From Mobula hypostoma (Eukaryota), in the NCBI RefSeq assembly GCF_963921235.1, contig NC_086097.1:73782001-73846000 (forward strand): a DNA stretch of 64,000 nt, written 5' to 3'. Under the pieces are notes generated by a model. The model saw only the letters and a program-made list of their open reading frames with translations, was not told the origin of the DNA and made no database searches. A program made the position numbers and the translations under genes. This document shows positions 25,501 to 37,500 of this stretch, one piece after another. The stretch's first letter is position 1, and each line of letters opens with the position of its first letter.

Positions 25501-28500
25501 GATACATTATTATGATTCCTACCTGCCAAAAATACTGTGAAATAAGAACAGGAAATGACTTGTGCAAAGGTAGATGCAATATGCAGAGACTGTGAGGGCA
25601 GATAGGCAGAAATACAGTAGTTGGATGGGTTGAAAGGTGTGGAGGTCCTTAATTGATAATTTACTTAATGAATACTTTGAGAAGGGATTTTGACAATTGC
25701 AAGGTCCAAGTAAAATAAGTTAAATGTGCTGAAGTATGTCAAGGTTAAGAAAGAGGCACTGTTGGAGCTTTCAAAAAGCATTAGGATAGAAGGGTCTTTA
25801 GGTCCAGACAGGATATACTCCAAATTACCACAGTGAGCAAATAAAGAGATGGCTGGGGCAGTGACAACAATCTTTCCCTCCTGCATGGCCAGAGCAGTAG
25901 TGCCAGAGAATTAGAGGATACGGCAAATGTTGTTCTGTTATTCAATAAAGGCAATAGGGATAATCCTGAGAATCTTATGTCACTGGTGAGCAAATTAATG
26001 GAGAGGATTCTTAGCGACAGGAATTACAAGCATTTGGAGAAGCATAGTATTGTTATGGATAACCAGCCAGCTTTGTGAGGAGCAGCCCATGCCTTATGAC
26101 CCTGATTAAATTTTTGATTTGATGGAGTGGTTGATGTGGTGTATATGAATTTTAGCAAGGCATTTGACAAGGTTCCCCATGGTAGGCGCATCCAAAAAGT
26201 CATGAGTCATGGGATCTATGGAAACTTGGCTGCATGAATTCAGAACTGGCTTGTCCACAGGAGGCAGAGGGTGATGGTTGATGGAGTGTATTGTCTGGAG
26301 GTGGGGGACCAATGATGTTTCACAGGGATCTGTTCTGGGAACCCAACTGTTTGTGATTTTTATAAATGACTTGGATGAGTAAGTAAAAGGGTGCAAGATT
26401 GCAGATGACACGAAGGTTGGTGGTGGTGTTGATAGTGTAGATTAGTGGTCACCAACCTTTTTAAGCCCATGATCCCCTACCTCGGCCTTAGTGAAAGGTA
26501 AGATCTACGTACTAAATGGTTTAGAGAAAGCAGCTCAGATTGTACTTCCAACTTGAGGCCTTTTATTTGGGCTAATTGTATTTGAATTACATAAAATGCT
26601 TTTGTCAAACTTTCAAATTAATTAAACCAAGAAAACACTGTAACTAGCATATCAAACAGGTCATAGCTGTCTTTCTTTAAGAATATTACAATACTTCATA
26701 CCTTTAATTCTAAGTTTCATTATTTAATTTTATTTCAACACAAAAAATAAATGAATAAAAATTGGCTGTGCACTCAGTGTGATGATTAGGCTGAATTCTT
26801 TCTGCTAGTTCCCTGAAATTTGGTTCATAACTACAGCCAGTCTTAGACAGTCTGTAAGGTGTCTGTCAGTAAGACAGCTCCTGTACTTAGATTTAATAAT
26901 TTTCATCTGTGAAAATGTAATAGGGTGCCGTGCACAATCCTGATTTGATGGAGACAGACGTGAGAGCACGGAGGAACATCTGCTGAAACTTCCGAAATGC
27001 CTGCTTCGCTGCCACTGCTACTGTGTGATCCTGAATCTCGGGAGGGGAAGGCCCCGAGTCCTCGGCTTTGCTTGTTGCTCGGCAGCCGGGGCAGGGTCAA
27101 AGCGCTCGGCAGAGATGGTGGTCGGTGCTTGGTGTCGGAGGCTCGAAGTTTTCGGACGGACTCAGAGTTGGCTGTGGTCGGGTGCTTCCAGGGTGCTGCA
27201 TCGGCAAGTTGGCAGCGCTGAAGGTTCATTGCAGGGAGAGTTTCTCCCTTCTACCGTCTGCGTGAGATGATGGGCTATCAGGATTTGAGATTTTTTTTTA
27301 CCATGCCCATGGTCTGCTCTTTATCAAATTACGGTATTGCTTTGCACTGGTGTAACTATATGTCATAATTATGTGGTTTTTGTCAGTTTTAGTCTTGGTC
27401 TGTCCTGTGTTTCTGTGATATCATACTGGAGGAACACTGTATCATTTCTTAAGGTATGCATTTCTAAATGACAATAAACGAGGAGGACTGAGTGTCCTTA
27501 TAATCTAATCTAATCTAATAAATTGACCCGAAGTAGGCACTGAATTTTAGTGCACATGTGGTGAGATGAGGAAACTTCTCCCTGCTGACAAGCCTCCAGA
27601 AGTCACCGTCCCCTGATCTTGCTTTAAGCTTGATGTCATTTTGCAAATCAATTATTTCTATTTCAATATCACTTGGCGCACCAAATACTTGCTGGAATTT
27701 GGCTGCTATCTGTTCTATATCGATCGGCAGAAATGGGTTTGAAATAAATGCAGCAATATCTTTCATGACGTTTAACTCCCCAAAGCGCCGATTGAACTCT
27801 ATTGCCAGTTTGTCTAGGTAAGCACAGTACTGCTCAGGGCCATAAGCATTTTTTTTCTTGATGGCCTGTAACATTTTTTCCAAGTTGGGAGAGTGTGTCA
27901 GCCTCCCGTTCTTTAAATTTGAAACCCAAACACCGAGCTTGGCCTTAAATGCATTTACTGTGCATATCATGTGGGGCAGGTGTCGGTCTTTTCCCATGAG
28001 CTCGTTGTTAAGTGTGTTTAATTTAGCCGTTAGGTCTGTCAGAAACCCTAAATCCAGTAGCCACGCATCATCTGACAGTTCCTCGTGCTCCTTGTTTCTT
28101 AGCGACAGGGAAGTCTTTATCTCAGGCAGCAAGTCAACAAATCCTTGCAGCACTTTGCCACGACTCAACCACTGAACATCAGCATGAAGAATTATGTCTC
28201 TGTAAGCGGCATCGAGCTCATCCAATAACGCCTTGAATAAGTAGTGCTGAAGTGCTTTTGCTCGAATCAAGTTTATCAGTTTGACCACCAGTTTCATTAC
28301 ATGAGAAAAGTCCATGACCTTCCCATCCAAGGCCTGCTGATGAATCACACAGTGATAATCCAGGAAGTCGGGAAAATCAGGGTCATTACAGCACAGTGCT
28401 ATGAAACCAACGTGCACACCATGCATTGCTGGGGCCCCATCAGTAGTAATTGCCACCAGTTTATGTCATGTTAACAGACATATTTTTTAAACTCATTGTA

Positions 28501-31500
28501 AATATCCTCACCTCTAGTTCTCTCCTTTAAGTGCCAAAAGAGTGAGGAATTCCTCCTTAGTTGTAAAATCCTGGGAAGCCATTCTGACAAATACAACAAG
28601 CTGAACTGTTTGCATTAGGATTCATCAAACTGTAGTGAAAAATATTCACAGAGTGACAAGTCCTTTAACACTTGTCGATCCACGTCCTCTGACAGAGACT
28701 CTACCCTCCTTGTCACTGTTGCAGGGCCAAGCGGTATATTATGTATATGTTGTGATGTTGTTTTTGTTTTTAAAGTCATTAAAAACAGTCTCTGTGGTAA
28801 TGGCCGTTGCTTCCTTGAATAAATCGCCATCTGTAAAAGGCTTTTTGTGTTTAGCCAAAAGGTGACTTACACAAAATGATGCTTCAATAGCAGCCTTATT
28901 TTGAGCAGCATGCTTTGTGAAAAACGATTGCTGGGCCTTCAACCCAGATTTCAGCTCCTCAACCTTCCTGGCACGGATTGCGCTCTTTGGGGCGGGGGGG
29001 GGTAGGTGTTTTAAAATTTCTGGTGGTTGGTGTTGTGGTGCCGCTCCAGATTCCCTCTTTCAGTCAGTGCTTGTGTTTGGTGGCACAACATACGTACACA
29101 CTTGTCTTTCACCAAGGTAAACAGAAATTCCTCTTTCCACTGTGGATGGAACTTGTACGTTTTTGCCTTCTTTTGTGGAGCCTCTGCCATGCTGGCTAGC
29201 TAACTTGCAGGATATCATGAGCGAGTGCCATATATTGATGTTTGCGATGGTCTGTACTCTTACCTAATCTAATTGGTCACTTTGATGAAGCACAAGCCAC
29301 GCTGAAACTGCAGTGCATGGGGAAGGGGCTATACACACATACGCACTGGGCAGAAAGAACAGAACTAAAACCCTGCAACCTGGAAACAATCTCTCTTTAC
29401 AAACAGCTTTCTGTAGCGGGAGTATTGCTATATTACCATTAACCTAATTAGTATTACTTATTTTTATAATGCTCACATTACAACAGTATTTGTGTATTTA
29501 TTTTTCATTTTCTTTCAGGGATCTACTGGGAAAGTCTCAAAGATCGACCGGTTGACGACCATTAATGTAAATGGTTGTCACAGGTTACAGTTGGGATATC
29601 AATAGGATGCAGAGCTGGGCTGAGAAGAGGCAGATGGAGTTTAATCTGGAAAAAATGTGAAGTGATACAGTTTGGAAGATCAAACTAGAGTACAGAACAC
29701 AGGCTTAAAGGCAGGATTCTTACCAATGTGGAGGTACAGAACGGATCTTGGGGTCTACGTCCATAGATCCTTCAAAGTTGCTCTGCAAGTTGATGGTGTG
29801 TTTGAGAAGCCGTATGGTGTGTTGGCCTTCATTAGACAGGAGACTGAATTCAAGAGCAGTGGCGTAACATTGTAGCTCTGTAAGAGTCTGGTTAGACCCC
29901 AGATTGAGCACTCTATTTAGTTCTGGTCTCCTCATTAAAGACATGGAAGCTTTAGAAAGGGTGCAAAGGATGCTGCCTGGATTAGATAACATTTCTTGTG
30001 GGGAAAGGCTGAACGAGCTGAGGCTTTTCTCACTGAAGAAAAGAAGGATGAGAGGCAATTTGATAGAGTTAAATAAGATGCATAGATAGAGTGGATAGGC
30101 AGTGCCTTTTTCCCAGAGCAGCAATGGCCAATACCAGAGGACAACTGTAAGGTGAGTCATAGGTCATTTTTTTTTTACACACAGAGAGTGGTAGGTGTCT
30201 GGAGCACATTTCTGGGCAGTAGAGGCTTATACTAAAGGCCATTTAAGAGTCTCTTGGTTAAGCATATGGATGTTAGAAAAATAGAGGGTTATGGGCCATG
30301 TAGGAGGGAAGAGTTAGATTGATCATGGAGTAGGTTTATATAGGTTGGCACAATATCATGGGATGGAGGGGCATGTACCGTGTTGTACTGTTCTGTGTTC
30401 TAATCAATGCAATGTTTCCTTTAAAACTCAAACTTTAATATATAATAAGGCTTTGCTAAACAAGAAATGTTTAGTTGACATCAGAGAGTGAGAATATTAA
30501 CAAAATATTTTCTCAAAATGTTTTTACATCACTTATCTAACTAAGAGGAAGGAGTTTGACATGATTCTCAGTTCATGTCTCCAAAACATTAAACATGCAT
30601 TTGAAGTAAAGTTAGCATGCTCAGCTGAGGCCCCCTAATGGTGTAGGTTGGTATTACCCAGAATCAAACTGCACATTGTGAACAAAGGTTGAAAAACAAT
30701 GCTTTACAAAGTTACACTGATCAAACTCACAAATATAACTGATCATAAAAAAGCCTCCTTACAGATGAAACAGAATTCAAAAAATCACAAAAGTCAGCAG
30801 TGAAATCAGAATACAAGTCATTGAAGCACAATACACAAAGCCCAAAAATGCCAGATGAATACAAGCTAATTAGTCAACTCTTATCAATTGATGGATGACC
30901 CAACTTCTCGTTTATCTACATTCTCTACCTTTAAAACCAAACTAAAATCCAACACAAAACCTGGACATGCTGCAAGCTTCACATTGGATATAATGCAAAA
31001 TTATATCCGGGTATTCCCTAACCGGAAACCTTGGATGAATTATGAGGTCAAGTCCCTTTTAAAGGCTAGAGCTGCAGCTTTTAGGTCCGGGGATACCAGT
31101 CACTACACGGAATCCAGGCGTGAACTCCGGAAAGCCATTAAGGGCGCCAAGAGGCAATCGAGCCAAGTCCGAAGCCCAGGCTAGCTGAAGGGATGCCAGT
31201 AGACTATGGCAGGGTCTAAATGAGATCACTGGGCGCAAAGATAAGGCTGGGAATATCAATAACTGTGGCGCTTCTCTTCCTGATGAACTTAATGTATTCT
31301 ATGCAAGATTCGAACAGAAGAGGCGCATCCCGCTCCCTCCGGATGAACAGGACCTGGTGGCATCAAGATTCATCGTCACCCAGGAGGACGTTAGAAGGGC
31401 GTTCCTGAAGATAAATCCAAGGCCCAGATGGCGGCCCAGGACGGGTTCTCCGGGCCCATGTAAGCAAGCTAGCTGGAGTGTTCGCTGACATCTTCAACTG

Positions 31501-34500
31501 CTCCTTGCTTCAGTCTAAGATCCCCTCGTGTTTTAAGAAGGCAATGATAATCCCAGTGCCGAAGAAGAGCAAGGTGGCATGCCCGAATGACTATCGACCT
31601 GTGGCTCTGACATCAATTGCTATGAAGTGCTTCGAGAGATTGGTTGTGGCACACATCAACCACAGCCTACTGGTCAACCTCGACGCTTTGCAATTCACCT
31701 ACCAGAGCAACAGGTCAACGGCAGATGCCATCTCTCTGGCCCTACATTCCTCCTTAGAACACCTGGGGAATAAAGACGCATACGTAAGGCTCCTTTTCAT
31801 TGACTACAGCTCTGCCTTTAATACCATCATTCCAAATAAACTGATTCCTAAGCTCTGGAACCTGGGCCTTAGCACTCAGATCTGCAGCTGGATCTTCAAC
31901 TTCAGACAGGACCCAGGCTGTAAAAATAGGGGACAAGCTCTCCTCTACAATCACTCTGAGCACCGGTGCCCCACAAGGTTGTGTACTCAGCCCCCTGCTG
32001 TACTCACTGTACACCCATGATTGTGTAGCCAAGTTTCCATCAAATTCAATATATAAGTTTGCTGATGACACTACAATTGTAGGCTGTATCTCGGGTAATG
32101 ATGAGTTTGAGTACAGAGAGGAAATTAAGAACCTGGTGGCATGGTGCGAAGGCAATAACCTATCCCTCAACATCAGCAAGACGAAGGAATTGGTTGTTGA
32201 CTTCAGAAGGAGTAGCGGACTGCACAACCCAATTTACATCGGTGGTGCGCAAGTGGAACAGGTCAAAAGCTTTAAGTTCCTCGGGGTCAATATTACAAAT
32301 GGCCTGACTTGGTCCAACCAAGCAGAGTTCACTGCCAAGAAGGCCCACCAGCGCCTTTACTTCCTGAGAAAACTAAAGAAATTTGGCCTGTCCCCTAAAA
32401 CCCTCACTAATTTTTATAGATGCACCGTAGAAAGGATTCTTCTAGGATGCATCACAACCTGGTATGGAAGTTGTCCTGTCCAAAACCTAAAGAAGCTGCA
32501 GAAGATCGTGAACACGGCGCAGCATATCACACAAACCAATCTTCTGTCCTTGGACTCACTTTACACCACACGCTGTCGGAGCAGTGCTGCCAGGATAATC
32601 AAGGCCACGACCCAGCCAACCGGGAGAAGGTTCAGACGCTTGAAGACTCGTACAGCCAGCTTTGGGAACAGCTTCTTTCCAACTGTGATAAGACTGCTGA
32701 ATGGATCCTGACCCAGGTCTGGGCTGTACCCTCCAAATATCTGGACCTGCCTCTCGGTTTTTTTTGCACTACCTTACTTCCCATTTTTCTTTTTTCTATT
32801 TATGATTTACATTTTAAATTTTTAATATTTACTAATTTTAACTATTTTTAATATTTTTAGTATTTGTAATCCAGGGATTGAGAAGTGCAGAATCAAATAT
32901 TGCTGTGATGATTGTACGTTCTAGTACCAATTGTTTGGCGACAATAAAGTATAAAGTAAAATTAACAGTTAATAATTAAACTTGTTCATAAGTTGGAGCT
33001 ATGAATTCCAGTGCATAATAAACAGGGTTTAATACATTATGTGATGATTGCAAATCAGTGGGAGTAACGGAGCCAATGTGTGCAGTCTTAATGTTCAATG
33101 TATAATCATGCCAGCAATAATTTCAGTTAAAGATTTTGCTATTCCCATTTCTGGCATCTCTAGATTCATCATTCATTCCTTTGCATGCCCCATTGCATCA
33201 TTCGCTTTTCACCAACATCCCTTGCCACTTAATCTCCTCTGCCTTCCCCAGCATCTTATTTATTTTTATCTCTGACTTTTTCCAGCTCTGATATATGAAC
33301 ATGGATCTGATGCTGATCTGAAGACTGCCGCAATTTCCTGTTTTAACACAAGTGACAGTAGTGTAAATTTCCAAACTACAATGACAATCACAGGTAGAAT
33401 TTAGCATAAAAAGATTACAGTTCAGTCTGGTCTTCAAAAAAGATTGAAAATTGGTCAAAAAGACTTATTTGAGGGAAGTGCCTTTAAAGAACACAATTAA
33501 GCGTCTTGGTTTTAGATTTATGCTAGGTCTTACCTTTGCTGGACACAAATTACAATAAAAATATAACATTGCACACACAATTTGAAAAGTACCAGAACTG
33601 CTTTCTATGCAGAATGAGGCCAATCACTATGCTGTGAATAAATAAAATCTGTTCCATATCAAAGTGCCCAGGCACATTTAAAAATCATGGAAATCTAAGG
33701 AGCAAAGATGTTGAGTATTAAGACAAAATATTAGGAAAAGATGATTGTTTCATACTCAAACTTACCAAGCTGTTAAAGCAGTGATCAAGAAAGACCAACA
33801 GAACAGTTTGCTCGCGTAATGTAAAATTACTTTCTTCAGCAAGAGATGCGGTCAAAATACACTTGAAGAAATAGGGAAAGTGTTCAGGCTTCTGTGTAAA
33901 TGTCTATAGTTTTAAAAAAAATAGATATTTCCTTAGGTTAAAGTTAGAAAAAGAAATAAACCATTAACAATATTGACTAAATGTGAATATAGCACTAGAG
34001 CAAGGGTTCCCAAACTTTTTTATGCCATAGACCCCTACCATTAATCGAGGAGGACTCCAAGGTTGGAAGCCCCGCATTAGAGGTAGTTCACTTCTTCATC
34101 CAGCACAGCATTTCATAAGTTAATTTAAAATTCAACTTGAGATATATTTTTTCTATTTGCAAAACATGTGTGTTTGATATAAAAGGAACATTTCATCCAA
34201 AAATGCTCAAATGTTGATTGTATCAAGTGAAGCTGTTTCAATTATGCATATGCTAATGCAGTTACAGTACAGGCATTTCACCTTGACAAGTGTCTTTAGA
34301 ATATCTGTTGCTTTATATAGTTCTGAGTCTTCATTCACAGCTGCTCAACATAAAATGAAGTCCCCTCTAGTTCTCAAGTAAAGACAAGTGAGTGTTCTTC
34401 CAGCAGACGATAATATGCTACTTACATCAAGCTATTTATTAGGCCTGCAGTTTTATTTATTTTTAATACAGGAGTGAGAATGAGTGAAGAGTTTCTGCCT

Positions 34501-37500
34501 GCAACTGTTTCCTTTTTTCAAAATCACAGTCTGACATCTTGGAGGAGCAACGCCTCATATACCGTCTAGGTAGTCTCCAGCACCTTGGTATGAACAGAGG
34601 ATTCTCCAACTTCTGATAATTCCCTCCCCCTCCCTTCCCCTATCCCTAAGTCACTCTGCCCCCTCCCCCAGCTGCCTACCACCTCCCTCATGGTTCCGCC
34701 TCCTTCTACGACCCATTGTGTTTTCCCCTATTCTTTCTTCACCTTTCCTGCCTATCACCTCCCTGCCTCCCTTCCCCACCCCTTTTTCTTTCCCCTTACT
34801 GGTTTTTCACCTGGAACCTACCAGCCTTCTCCTTCCCACCCTCCCCCCACCTTCTTTATAGGGCCTCTGCCCCTTCCCCCTACAGTCCTGACGAAGAGTT
34901 CCCACCCGAAACGTCGACCAATCTTTTCCACGGATGCTGCCCGACCTGTTGAGTTCCTCCAGCGTGTTGTGAGTGTTAGTCTGACATCTTCACAGCATCA
35001 CTCCTTAGTACAGCAGTGTGCGATTACAGACCTTTGGAATTCAACTATGATGCTAACAGAAGGATAGGTAGCAGCATTGCTTTATACAAACAGATAACAA
35101 ATGCCTCTTACCTCCCACGCAGGAACGTTTTCTCGAAACTTTTCATTTACCATACAGCAAATGGACATTAGGTAAGCGTTACTGGATACAGCTGGGGAGT
35201 AATTTGGCCAGAGATAGTTCTCTAGATACTGGCTGTCCATTTTGTAAAAGAAGAACAAATTGGATGATTAAGGGTTTTAGAAATGGTGCAAGCATGTTAA
35301 AAACTTGAAAAAGAAAAATCTAAAACAACAAAAAAGTACCTGAATTCAAGCAGCATAATTTTTCTAATGGCAAATCTGGGGGAAAAAAAGCAAATATTCA
35401 AGAAATTTGTAATTTATAAACATGTTTCTTTAGCCTCACTCTCATGATTACCAAAATTTACAAAGTCCCAGATTCAAATTTTCCAAGCGCCCAAAGAAAC
35501 ATTTCATTTACCTTCTCTGAACATATGAAATGCTAAGTGGTTAAGGTTTAAATCCTTAATTTCTCTTCAAATGTAGATAAATAATACTGAATTAAATCCC
35601 ACTTCAAAAATTTATATCTTTTACTTTCTGGTCAGCCAAAAGACAATATACTTTAATGTGGCTTTTCAATAGAAAAGAATTGGATTTCATGAAACACAAG
35701 ATGCATGATTCACTCATATCTCTATCTGATATCCGAAATCAGAAGAATGGGTGGTGCATTTTTGTGCCATGGTTTAAATTCTCATAGAAATGTGCAAGCT
35801 GCTAAACTTGTCTTATGGTTATTTGGCAATATCAATTATCTCCCATCTTGCCCTGTTAGTTAAGTAAAAGGTAGAAATTCATTTAATTTCTCTCGAACTC
35901 ATTGTTTAAAGGGGACACCTGGTATTAAAACAAATAAATAAGACCATAAAACATAGGAACAGAATTATTCAGCCCATCTTCCTGTAACCCATTTTCCTGT
36001 CTTTTCCTTGACACGCTCATTAATCAAGAACCACTGTTTGCTTTAAATATGCCCAAAGACTTCACCACCCAATGGCTGATGAAATTCCTCCATCGCTGTT
36101 CTAAACAGACATCTCTCCAGACTCTGTCCTAGACCCTACCACTATAGGAAGCATCCTTACCATGTCAACTCCATCTCGGCCTTTCAATATCCTATAGGTT
36201 TCAATGAGATCTCCCTTCATTCTTCTAAACTCCAGTGAGTACAGGTCCAGAGCCTTGTGACACTTCCTTAACCCTTTAATTCCCAGGATCATTCACATAA
36301 ACCTGCTCTTGTCCATTTCCATAAAAGCATCATATTACAGATTATGGAAAGATGAAACATAATCTGATGAAAGATCAAGCTGTAATTCTGTTTTTGTCAG
36401 TAGGGAGAGCAGAACTGTTGAGCATTTCAAGCACTATATTTAAATGGACCATCAGGTGTAACAATAAAATTGATTATATTCCATTGTAAAAACATGGGGG
36501 CAGATCTTCCTGGCCCTGACCTACAATCAGGATTTGTCTTTCATGGCTCCTGCCCACTGTCCTCGCCTGGAGCAGAATTGGAGAATTAATCTCCTTAACC
36601 AACTGTACCCAGAATTTGGACAGTAAGCTCACAAGTACTGTAGCGGTAAGGCCCTGCTCCCTTTTCTGATATTCATACACTTTTGAACATTTAAATTGAT
36701 GCAAATAAAATTATGAAAAAAAACATCATAGGAACACATCAAAGCATTCAACTGAAATTAAACACTAGAAATAATAACTTGTTTCCTCAGGATCTCAATC
36801 CAAGGATCTCCAATGAGATTGATGAAGTATGTAAAGGATTAATACAGTTGGTTAAGCATAGCAAACAACAGGAATTCTGCAGATGCTGGAAATTCAAGCA
36901 ACATACATCAAAGTTGCTGGTGAACGCAGCAGGCCAAGCAGCATCTATAGGAAGAGGCGCAGTCGACGTTTCAGGCCGAGACCCTTCGTCAGGACTAACT
37001 GAAGGAAGAGTGAGTAAGAGATTTGAAAGCTGGAGGGGGAGGGGGAGGGGGAGATGCAAAATGATAGGAGAAGACAGGAGGGGGAGGGATAGAGCCGAGA
37101 GCTGGACAGGTGATAGGCAAAAGGGGATACGAGAGGATCATGGGACAGGAGGTCCGGGAAGAAAGACAAGAGGGGGGGTGACCCAGAGGATGGGCAAGAG
37201 GTATATTAGGAGGGACAGAGGGAGAAAAAGGAGAGTGAGAGAAAGAATGTGTGCATAAAAATGAGTAACAGATGGGGTACGAGGGGGAGGTGGGGCCTTA
37301 GCGGAAGTTAGAGAAGTCGATGTTCATGCCATCAGGTTGGAGGCTACCCAGACGGAATATAAGGTGTTGTTCCTCCAACCTGAGTGTGGCTTCATCTTTA
37401 CAGTAGAGGAGGCCGTGGATAGACATGTCAGAATGGGAATGGGATGTGGAATTAAAATGTGTGGCCACTGGGAGATCCTGCTTTCTCTGGCGGACAGAGC

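Larger units (their letters stand above)
25640..30402 (+). mobile_element. CR1 LINE split by a hAT insertion (pieces 25640-26442 and 29573-30402)
   Basis: RT-region sequence (GCATTTGACAAGGTTCCCCAT, GCAGATGACACGAAG) resumes after the hAT and ends in a CR1 3' tail. Confidence 0.85.

Noticed and set aside
27515..28456. Possible GTF2IRD2/ZBED-like domesticated gene
   Set aside because: Lies between TIRs and a TSD, is frameshifted and is interrupted by an insertion, so it is a dead transposon
35233..35339. Possible U12 intron (CCCTTAAT branch-like motif); similarly TTCTTAAC before coding exon 9
   Set aside because: The donors are GTACTT and GTATGT, not GTATCCTT, and the branch spacing is atypical. 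All AQR introns here look U2-type.
36713..37258. 181-aa plus-strand ORF
   Set aside because: Antisense read-through of the low-complexity Penelope 3' UTR
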